This document shows positions 1 to 9,994 of a stretch of 64,000 bases of DNA, piece by piece. Source of the stretch: Geosiphon pyriformis uo1 (lineage: Eukaryota > Fungi > Glomeromycota). How positions within the stretch are numbered: position 1 is the first letter of the stretch; the number at the start of each line of letters is the position of its first letter. The stretch spans positions 1,549,892 through 1,613,891 of the forward strand of contig JAAOMT010000664.1 of NCBI GenBank assembly GCA_016748015.1, written 5' to 3'. Made by a program: the position numbers and the translations under genes. The notes under the pieces were generated by a model that was given only the letters and a program-made list of their open reading frames with translations, did no database searches and was not told the origin of the DNA.

Positions 1-172
1 AGCATAATATTGAACTCATAGTTTCCTTTCTGGGTGGTAAATGCTGTTTTGGGTCGGTTTTTTGGGTCTATTTTGACTTGCCAATATCCACTTTCTAAGT
101 CTAAAGTTGAGAAAAACTTGGCTTTTCCTAGAGCATCTAGCATGTCATCAATTCTTGGAAGAAGATAGGCAT

Positions 173-1145
173 TGTTACTGGAGGTTTTTGGTCTCTTCTT
201 AGCTCTTGTATGTTTGTTGTAATGCTGTTAATTTACGATTATGGGAAGTGTTTGAACCTCTAATAACTGAATTTATCCTCAAATTATCTCCTATAATTTG
301 AGCTACTGGGCTTATAAGTGGAATGGCCAATTCCTTGCCAGTTGCTTTTATGTAGTTATGTTGTAGTAAACATCAACTCTTTCCCAGGAATTGCTTGTCT
401 GGAAGCTCACTAAAAATGTGTAGTTACTTTGCTGTGAAAGTTAACTCTTTTACAGGAATTTTGTCTGTAGACTACCCTAATGATTGTAATAAAAAAATAA
501 AAGAAATATAAAAGAAATGTAAAAGAAATAGAATTTTGTCAAGGGAAACGTTTTCTATCTAGGCCTGGAGTCACTAACAGTTTACTGAAATTGGTAGCTA
601 ATCAATTTCAAACTGTTTAGTAGGAATTAGTTAATTTCAAAAGTGAAATAATTCAGAATTTGATTTTTCGAATTATTTAATATTTATTTTGTTTTTGTGT
701 GTAAAGGATAATTCTAATTGTTAAATCGAAAATAAGATACATTTTCTTGAAGAGAGAAGCTCTTCTTTTATACAACTTGTCATAACACTATTCTATGAAC
801 TTGAACTTTGCTATTTTCTACAATTTTGCTGAATTAAAGATATATTTCAGTGAACTACAAGTTATTTCTACAAACTATTAGATATTTTGGTGAACTATCA
901 ATTATTTTGGTGAATTTCTATAAATTTTGGCAAACTTTTGAATGTTACATAGTTCGGGGTATTGCATGATTGATCATCACAATTAGGTTACATTTGTGTT
1001 GTGTACAATTTGGGTTATTAATTAAATGATAATTTCGGACATTTTTGCTAATGTAATAAGTAATAATTTGAAACAATGTTAATTAATGATAGGAATTATA
1101 AGATAATTTTATGCTAAATAATATCTCTAATTTTGTCTGGTAACA
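173..1145 (-). repeat. 3' LTR of element A
   Basis: Direct repeat of 9033-9994, adjacent to the PPT. Confidence 0.95.
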
Positions 1146-1812
1146 TAACCTCCTCCTCAAGACTGAGCTCCATCAAAGTCCAAGTACTGTTTGTCATTTC
1201 CAGATAATAATCCAAAATTATTGAAGAAATTTGGTCTGAAAATTGTTGAAATTTCAGTTCTGTGAGCTTTCCAATGTATTGAATCTTCAAAGATTGAAAA
1301 ATTGGGTTTTGTAGTATGTTTTTACAGGTGTGGAATAGGTCATAAAGTCTAAGAGCAGCTCTGAGCCTGTAGCAACTGTTTGTTGATCCAGCTGTTGTCT
1401 TGAATTTATTGTGGAGTTGTTTCTGAATAGCTTCTTTTGCGAGGTTTGCTGTTGTAAGTTTCAGTTTCCATTTGTAGAGTGTTTTTCCAATGTGAAAATA
1501 TCTATAGATTGGAGAATATTCAGTGTTTTCCTCCTTGAGACACAGTTAAAGTCTTTGTTGAATTGTAGCATTTAGTGGAATACTAATTGGAATGAGCATT
1601 AGATTTTTTCTTAAAGCAAGTTTTAAAAGTTCTGGCAGGTGAATTCCAGTATAACTTCTTGTGTTCTTTTTATATGGGGCTAAATTTGTAACTACTTCTG
1701 TTTGGGTATAATTAATGTGGTTTCCAGTAACAGTAATGGATAATTTGGGTATTGTTTTTAAAGCTAACATTAGTTTTTGGGATAATTGTTGAATGTTTTG
1801 AGGAATAGTTAT
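1114..1812 (-). pseudogene. Third ORF of element A (unknown product, ~230 aa, one internal stop), running through the PPT into the 3' LTR
   Basis: ORF 1546..1770 continues in frame past one TAA: ...PIYRYFHIGKTLY...AALRLYDLFHTCKNILQNP...ELSLEEEVMLPDKIRDII*; homologues in C and D. Confidence 0.75.
1148..1160 (-). promoter_or_regulatory. Polypurine tract of element A
   Basis: Minus strand reads TTGAGGAGGAGGT just before the 3' LTR. Confidence 0.85.
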
Positions 1813-1933
1813 TATAAGTGATTTGAAATAAAAGAAAATTATTTTTGGTGCATGGGTTTTTATGTTATTTTTGTTTTGTTTTTGTGAGATTGTTTCTAAA
1901 TTATAAGAAGATAACTATAATAATAAATTTAAA

Positions 1934-3319
1934 TTAAGTGTTCAAGTTGTGAAGCTGTTTAATGACAACTATTGGTTCTAAATTTTGGAAAATGTCTTCG
2001 GGATTGATTAAAGAGGAATATGTACCAATTTGTGGAATTAATGGTTCAGGATTGTTTCTGGAATTATAGTATTTCAAACGATCTTCATGTACAACTTTTG
2101 CTAGAATTTTGTCATCAAGTCTTAGCTTGTATGATCCGTTGCCTAAGACTTCATGGATAAAGAATGGTCCATCCCATTTGTTTTCAAATTTTCCACTCCA
2201 TTGTTTTTCCACTTTAGTTCTGTGTAAGAGAACTTTGTTTCCAATTTTAAATTCATTGGTAACTGGAGGCAATTTGTTGTCATGCCATTCTTTTTGTTGA
2301 GTTTGGGAGTATTCAATATGGGTGGCTGCTATTTGTCGTTTTCCTTCCAATGTGTTAAGCAGAGTGTAGGCTCTTTGCTAAAGTGTTTCTTGGAAATTGT
2401 TTTCATCAATTGGTTGTGCTGGATATGTTTCCACTGTGAAACTAATTGGTAATGTTGCTGTCTTTTCATAAGTTAAATCAAATGGTGTGTGTTTTGTAAT
2501 ATCTTGTTTTAGTGTTCTATATGCTAGCAACACTGATGAAATAAAGATATCCCAATCTTGCTCAAAATCAGTTGAGACTTTGGCTAATGACTCACACAAT
2601 GTTCTGTTAAAACGTTCCACAAGTCCGTTTGTTTGTGGATAGTAGGGCGAAGACAGAAGTCTTTTGACATTGAATTGTTCGCAAATTTCTTGTATCAGGT
2701 TGTTCACAAAATGTGTCCCCTGATCGGATAAAAGTTCAATTAGACATCCGTGTCTACAAATAATGTCTTTGTAGATGAAATTTGCTACTGATTTTGTATC
2801 TGCTCATTGAATGGCTTTGGCTTCGGGCCATTTAGTAAGATAGTCTACTGCTACTGCAATATAATGGTTTCCTTGAGTGGTGATAGATAGTGGTCCGACT
2901 AAATCGATACCAACTCAGTCAAAAGATTGTCCAACTTTGATTGGATTTAATGGTTCAATAGGGCGTGTTCCTCCTCTTTTTTGACAACTATCATAAGATT
3001 TGACATATTCATGAATGTCTTTTCTCATTCAAGGCCAAAAGTAGTATTCTAGTGTTCTTTGGGTGGTACTGTCTTTTCCGAAGTGGGCTGATGAAGGATC
3101 TGAGTGCATGTTGTATAATATGGTCTCTTTTTCTTGTTTTTGTATTAATCTGAGTGGTTTGTCTGGGTTTTTGAAATTTCAGTAATAAATAATGTTGTTG
3201 TATAGAAAATATTGTTTGGCTTGTTGTTGTAGTCGATGTTTTTCATCTGAAAACCAATCTGTTGGGATTGTTAATGTTTCCAAATATTGTTTGAGATCAT
3301 TGTAGTTTTCTGAATTCAT
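1934..3319 (-). pseudogene. Integrase of element A, separate ORF with own ATG; no chromodomain
   Basis: HHCC-type region (HSDPSSAHFG...YFWP...DSCQ), core 'PQTNGLVERFNRTL', GPF/SH3-like tail 'KWDGPFFIHEVLGNGSYKL'; ATG at 3319 is in the frame of ORFs 2378..2707 and 1934..2350. Confidence 0.9.
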
Positions 3320-3371
3320 TGTTTGTTGGCTCTTTTGGTTGGTTAAGTTGAGTGTTGGTTTTTGTGTTTTT

Positions 3372-4640
3372 CTAATCTTGTCTCATTCTGAAGAAACAGT
3401 CAACATTAGTGTGGAGTTTTTCTGGTTTGTAATGTACTATGTATCAATAGTTTGCTAGAAATCCTGTCCATTGGGTTTGTTTTGCATTCAGCTGAGTATT
3501 TTTGTTTTGAAGCCATTTGAGTCTAATATTATCAGTGATAATATTGAATTCTTTAGGCCTGAGATAAAAGTTGAAGTGGAGTAGGGCCCAAATCACGGCT
3601 GCTGTTTCTAGTTCTGTGGCAGGGTAGTTTTTCTCAGCTGGTTTTAATGTTCTGCTAGCATAAGCAATTACTTGCTCATTTCCGTTGTCGTCTAGTTGTG
3701 ATAAGATAGCACCAAAGGCAGTATAAAGCATCTGTAGCTAGTCGAAATCGGTTGCTGAAATCCAGGTAGGCAAGAATTGGAGCTGTTGTCAGTTTTTCCT
3801 TGAGAATTTCAAAAGCTTTTTGGTGTTTGGTAGTCCATTTGTATTCAACGTTTTTGGTGGTAAGCTGGTTGAGGGGTTTTGTAATTTCCGAAAATTTTTT
3901 GATAAACTTCTGATAGTAGGATGTTAATCCTATGAATTCTCTTAGTTCTGTAGTGTTTCGAGGAGTTTTGAAGTTTTTGACAATGCTGATTTTTCCAGGA
4001 TTTGGTTTAATTCCATCTTTACTAACAATATGACCAAGGAAGACCAGGCTTGTTTTTCCAAAGTAGCATTTTTCGATATTGAGTTTTAGTTCTGCTTTTT
4101 GTAATCGTTGAAAAACTTCTTGCAGGTGTTTTAAGTGTAAATCGAACGATGGAGAATAAACATCAGTATCATCAAGATAAATGACTACTGATTTCCAAAG
4201 AAGTCCTTGGTACACAACATCCATTAATCTCTAAAACGTTGCTGGTGCATTGTATAATCTGAAAGACATTACATTGAACTCGTAATTTCCGTCTTGGGTG
4301 GTGAATACTGTTTTGGGGCAATCTTTGGGATCCATAGCAACTTGCCAGTAATCACTTTCTAAATCTAGTGTTGAAAAGTATTTGGATTTTCCAAGGGCAT
4401 CTAGCATGTCATCAATCCGGGAAAGGGGGTAGGCATCTCCAATTGTAACACTGTTAAGTTGTCGATAATCAACACAAAATTGGATCTTTCCATTTTTCTT
4501 TTTAACTAGCACTACAGGTGAAACCCAAGGACTCATGGAAGGTTGGATGAGCCCATTGTTAAGCATTTGTTGTACTTCTTCTCAGATGAATTGGTGGCTT
4601 TCTGAAGCAACTTGATATGCTTGTTGTTTTCTTGGTTTGG
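3372..4640 (-). pseudogene. Reverse transcriptase and RNase H of element A
   Basis: SPWVSPVVLVKKK, FCVDYRQLN, YLDD, RLATDA, IAYASRTLKPAEKNY, IITDN; ends MRQD* at 3372-3374. Confidence 0.95.
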
Positions 4641-5212
4641 CATCTCCTGTATAAATTTGATGTTGGACCAAATTGGTTCTTCCTAAGTCATTGTTGTTTT
4701 CAGCAAAGATATTGGCAAATTCTGCAATTAGCTCTTTGAGCTGGGTCTGTTGTTGTGATTCAAGTTGTTTCATGTTGATTTGAGATAGTTTTTCTATGAC
4801 AACATGGTAGTTTTCGGAGCTGGGGTTTGGGTTGATTTTTGGTATTGAATGTTCAATAATTTCAGAGAAATCGGGGACTGTTTGGGGTAATTTTTGTTGA
4901 AATATATTACTGTGAATAACTCCAATTTTTAAATTATTTAATAAAATTATGAGGTAATTATTAAGGTTGTAAAAAGTAACTCGGACTTTCTTTGTTCCTT
5001 CTGGAATATAAATGTTTGGGATCGAAATATTATGTTCCAAGCAGACTTGTTCATTGGACTCAAAAATTTGTTGTGTGGTTGTTGACTTTGGACAGATGTA
5101 GATTTCCGGATGTTCTCCAAAGGGTGTGATAGTAATTGGTTGTAGAAGTCTGAAAATCTGGTGGGATTTGTTTTGTCTGTTAAGAGCTATATTAACTGGA
5201 ACTGTGAATTGT

Positions 5213-5640
5213 CCAGTTGAACCAAAACCTTGGGTTCCTCTATTGCTTTTTCCTAATTGTTCTCTTTGATTGACTAGTTGCAAACCCGAAATGTTGATTA
5301 AGGGTAGGTAAATAGCTTGGGCAATTTTTTCAGCATGTTCGATCTTGAATGGTTTGTCAGTTTCATTTTGAAGCATCACTGTAATGTCTCCAGTATATCC
5401 AGCATCGATTATTCCTCCTCTGATATTGATTTCTTTGCTTGTCAGAGAGGACCGGGAGGTAATTTGAACCATTGCTCTTGGCAGAATTTTGAGTGCAATT
5501 TTGAGGTTGATTTTTGTGAAAGATTTGGGTTTGAGAACAAGAGTATCCTTGCCTGGATATCTTAGGTCATATCCAGCATCAATTTTGTGTGCTTTTTCGG
5601 GTTTTATTTCTTGTCCATTGTTGTTGAAGTATTTAAGTTG
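5213..5640 (-). pseudogene. dUTPase domain within the polyprotein of element A
   Basis: All five trimeric dUTPase motifs: AGYDL, SRSS, GGIIDAGYTG, KIAQA, RGTQGFGSTG. Confidence 0.93.
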
Positions 5641-5744
5641 TAAGGCAGGCTGATTTTCGATAAAATAGATAGGTGTTGTTTCAATTTCTTCCATTGCTTC
5701 AGGTTCTCCAAATTCAATTTTGTTCTCATCATTTTCACTGGGCA

Positions 5745-6400
5745 AGGGGATACTAAAAGTGTAGCATTCAGGACACTACTGTTCATCGCAAAACATAATG
5801 CATTCTTCACATAGTTTAATGTTCATTTGCTCTAATTGTTGAATTTGAGCTTCTTGAGTTGAGTAGGTGTGACTTGCAATTTGGTGGTAGACTTCTACTT
5901 CATCTTCATAATTGAATCCAGCTAATTCCATGGTGTATTCAATGTATTCTGCTTCCTTTATTTGGCGAACATTTTCTTTGGTAGCTCCATTAATTAATGC
6001 CATTGCTAGGTCAAAAATTATCTCAGCATTATGGGGGTAGTGATAAAGTTTGTTGAGAGCACTGTTGTATGCTGCATTAAAGAGTGTTCTTCTTTTTACT
6101 TTTTCTGAAATTGATAAAGCATATTGGCAGGTCTGATCGCAGACTTCTCCTCTCATGGCTACATCAATCCAATTGCATTCTTCCGGTAGCATATCTCCAC
6201 AAGTCAAACAAGGGGTGTTGTCTCATTTTCCGCTTCTTTTTATTAGATAGCCCTATCATTCTCTGTGGCAAGCCTTGCAGTAATAACAAGTATGATTTTT
6301 ATATTCTTCTTCAGGTGAAATGCAGACTCTCATTGATGATAGTTTCTTGTGGCAGTCCTTACATTTAAGAGGAATATAGAGGCATTGTTTTCTTGGTTCA
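5745..6400 (-). pseudogene. Cys-rich (three putative Zn-binding clusters) plus helical domain between protease and dUTPase, element A
   Basis: CKDC...CYYCKACH; CLTC...CDQTC; CEECIMFC...CPEC; same frame as protease and dUTPase. Confidence 0.7.
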
Positions 6401-6603
6401 GGTTTTAAGTAAGGGATATTCCATCCAGAGGTTTCGAGTTCAGAGTGTGGAGTAAAATGTTCTTGTTCTGTTTCATCAGTCCAGTTGGACATTGATTCAA
6501 GAGCCATGAATGTTTCAATGAGGGGTTTTTCTTCTTCTGGTTCAAATTCAAAAGCTGGGGCTTTTTCAGAGCATTTGTTGAATGTATCACAAGTGGCAGG
6601 TAC

Positions 6604-6960
6604 TCAGGTGTGTTGTCCTTGGTAGGAGATTGTTAACTCTTGTGTTTCCCAATTCAGATTAGCATTGGCTTTTTGAAGCCAATCATTTCCAATGAGAGCT
6701 TGGTACTGAGATGCATCCATTATAAGAACTTTGACTGGAATGGTGATTCCATCAAGAGTAAATGGAAAATTGTCAATTTCTCCTACTGGGGTCTTTTTCA
6801 TGCCATTGGCAGTAACAATTACTGTTTGAGCTAGTCGGTCGACATTTCTTTTCAACTGTTGCATTAACTGGTAGGTAATAATGCTTCCGGTGGATCTACT
6901 GTTTAGGATCAAGCAAATTGTATTTCCTTCGACTTCGGCTTCAGTATACATGGCCGTGAT
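6604..6960 (-). pseudogene. Aspartic protease of element A
   Basis: CLILNSRSTGSII (LILDSG in element B) and ALIGNDWL. Confidence 0.88.
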
Positions 6961-6999
6961 TGCTTTTTGTTCATTGGCGGCTGCATTGCTAAGCAGAAA

Positions 7000-8987
7000 T
7001 GGTGACTTATTTGCTTCGAACTCAAAAAAGAATATATCTGAAAGATTGGCATTTTTAGCAATTCTGGCTGGTGGAATTGTGGTAGAAGTATAGAAAGAGT
7101 TTTGTTATCATGCTGCAGCTCTATCTTCCAAAAGTACAGTATAGTAAAAATCCTGTTCTTCCAGCATTGTTAAATAACTGGGTTGAGTGTGGTAGTGGTT
7201 GGGTCTTGGTTGAGTGGTATTTCGGGGAACCAATTGGTTGTTTGAACTGATTCTATTGTTGTTTACTTGGTATCAGTTTTGTGATGTGAATTGATTTTGT
7301 GTAAGCAGTCTTCGAGCAGATACTTGATAATGTTGTGTGAGTGGTTGTTGGTATTGCTATGAGATTGGCTGTGGGGCGGGCTGATAATAGTTATTTTGGT
7401 ATTGGGGTCTTGGTGGATAGTAAGCTGGTAGTGGCGGTTGATAATAAGATTGCTGTGGTGGAGGATAATGTTAATTACTCCTATTTTGTTGGTCTCATTG
7501 TAGCTTTCTGCAATCTTTTTTCCAGTGGCCAGAGATTCCACAGTAATGGCAATTTTGAGACTGGTTATTGGAAAGTGGTGCAAAATTATTTTGATTTTGT
7601 CTTTGGGGTGGTTGATATCTTTGGGGTTGCTGTTGTTGTTAATTGGTGAAATAGTTTTCAACCTTCTTTGTGAGTTGGTCAATTTTTTCTTCAGCTGCTG
7701 AGCTGGTTTCTTCAATTGCCAAATTTACAAGTTTTGTGTGATTGGTCTTTTCTATGGCCATTTCATATCTTTTCGCATGCTATATGGCAGAGTTTAAATC
7801 TTCTGGCGCATGTGGGCAAATCTTTTTAATTAGTTTATCTTTTAGACCAGCGATAAATTGATCCAAGATTTGAGCATCAGAATAATAATTATTTGTTTCA
7901 AGTTGGCGAATTCATCTGAAAATTTGTTGAATTTCTCAATATAAGTTATAACAGATTTGGAGGGTTCTTGTTTGATATTTTGAAAATGATTACGAAGGGT
8001 GATAGAGGTATTATTGTCGGTGAACTGTTCAAAGAAGGCTGCTTTGAAAGTGTTCCAATCATTGAATGGAGCAGCCAAGTTTTCAAACCATTCTCCTGCT
8101 GTTCCTTTGAGAAAGTAGGGAATTGTTCTTAACATTCTGGCAGCATTCCATCTATTTGCATCTCCAGCTTTAGTAACTTGGTCGAGCCATTCTTGGGGAC
8201 TGGTCTCAATATCTTCTCCATTGAATTCAGGGATTTTTGCGATATATGTTGTCATTTTGTCTTCTTCATTTTCACTGTCTATTGATTCTTCTTCAGTTAT
8301 TTCAGAGTTGTTTTCTTCATTTGCTGCTGTCTCAGAATGTTCACTTTAATTTTCAGCTAGAAAATCAAGGAGATTAGAACTAGTTTGAAGGGGTTCTTGT
8401 TGTCTGGTGGGACTTCTGAGTGATGTAAAATCTTCTGGTCTTGCAAATCGATTTAAGGGTAAATTAGGTGGTTGTGCTTGTGCAAGTAAAGCTGAAAAAG
8501 GTGTGATAGTAAGTGGAAGTTTTGAACTGGTTCCTTGTTCAGGTGTTTGTAAATGGTTGGCAGTTGTTTTTGGTAGTGTTGGAATATTTGGGGTGGTTTT
8601 TGAGTATTGCTTCAATTTGTTTTTGCCTTTGTTGCTTGTTTCTGTTTCCAATTCAAAATCAATAGTGTATTGAGACTGCACTGGATATGTTTCTTCACAG
8701 TATTTGATAATGTTAAAATTAAGTTCATGAAAGTAAGTGGCAAGTGTTTCACTGTTAAGGTCTTCAGTTCTCAACTGTGAATAGTGTGCTAAATTATTGT
8801 AAAAGTTGCTTCTAACTTCTGAGATATTGTAATTTCCAAAAAGATAATTGTTGATGCAATTTTTAATATATTGGTATACTGATTTCTTGACAATTTCAAT
8901 TCCGTCTGGAATGTTGAATCTTTACTTGCAGTGGGTGTAAATTGATTGGTAATACTCTAGAGTTGTTGTGTCTGGTGTGGTCACCAC
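7000..8987 (-). pseudogene. Gag of element A (N-terminal extension, retrotransposon gag domain, CCHC knuckle, Q/P/N-rich tail)
   Basis: KIPEFNGED...PQEWLD...YFLKGTAGEWFENL...IKQEPSKSV; CHYCGISGHWKKDC near 7505-7550. Confidence 0.88.
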
Positions 8988-9014
8988 TTTGAATTTGTTG
9001 TTGCTGTGTTATTT

Positions 9015-9030
9015 CTGTGGGAGAGCACCA
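9015..9030 (-). promoter_or_regulatory. Primer-binding site of element A
   Basis: TGGTGCTCTCCCACAG 2 nt inside the 5' LTR; TGG complements tRNA CCA; cognate tRNA not identified. Confidence 0.85.
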
Positions 9031-9032
9031 AA

Positions 9033-9994
9033 TGTTACTGGAGGTTTTTGGTCTCTTCTTAGCTCTTGTATGTTTGTTGTAATGCTGTTAATTTACGATT
9101 ATGGGAAGTGTTTGAATCTCCGATAACTGAATTTATCCTCAAATTATTTCCTATAATTTGAGCTGCTGGGCTTATAAGTGGAATGGCCAATTTCTTGCCA
9201 GTTGCTTTTATGTAGTTACGTTGTAGTAAACGTCAACTCTTTCCCAAGAATTGTTTGTCTGGAAGCTCACTAAAAATGTGTAGTTACTTTGCTGTAAAAG
9301 TCAACTTTTCTACAGAAATCTCGTCTGTAGACTACCCTAATGATTGTAATAAAAAAATAAAAGAAATGTAAAAGAAATAGAATTCTGTCAAGAGAAACAT
9401 TTTCTATCCAGGCCTGGAGTCACTAACAATTTACTGAAATTGGTAGCTAATCAATTTCAAACTGTTTAGTAGGAATTAATTAATTTCAAAAGTGAAATAA
9501 TTCAGAATTTGATTTTTTGAATTATTTGATATTTATTTTGTTTTTGTGTGTAAAAAATAATTCTAATTGTTAAATCAAAAGTAAGATACATTTTCTCGAA
9601 GAGAGAAGCTCTTCTTTTATACAACTTGTTGTAACACTATTCTATGAACTTGAACTTTGCTATTTTCTACAATTTTGCTGAATTAAAGATATATTTTGGT
9701 GAACTACAAGTTATTTCTAGGAACTATTAGATATTTTGGTGAACTATCAATTATTTCAGCAAATTTCTATAAATTTTGGTGAACTTTTGAATGTTACATA
9801 GTTCGGGGTATTGCATGATTGATTATCGCAATTAGGTTACATTTGTGTTGTGTACAATTTGGGTTATTAATTAAATGATAATTTCGAACATTTTTGCTAA
9901 TATAATAAGTGATAATTTGAAACAATGCTAATTAATGCTAGGAATTATAAGATAATTTTATGCTAAATAATATCTCTAATTTTGTCTGGTAACA
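9033..9994 (-). repeat. 5' LTR of element A
   Basis: Direct repeat of 173-1145; differences mostly transitions plus an ~11 bp indel. Confidence 0.95.

Larger units (their letters stand above)
173..9994 (-). mobile_element. Full-length Ty3/Gypsy LTR retrotransposon (element A), inactivated, nested in the RT of element B
   Basis: Two ~970 bp LTRs with TGTTAC...GTAACA ends; 4-bp TSD GCAT at 169-172 and 9995-9998; PBS, PPT and gag-PR-dUTPase-RT-RH-IN order. Removing it restores host RT 'VTIEDA|YLLPRIDDMLDALGK'. Confidence 0.96.

Noticed and set aside
1114-1812. ORF3 as an envelope gene
   Set aside because: Too short; no signal peptide, furin site or transmembrane helix visible.
7341-7649. Val-rich plus-strand ORFs (also 12879-13220, 45267-45479, 8407-8673, 14081-14296)
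   Set aside because: Antisense shadows of CAA/AAC-rich gag sequence.
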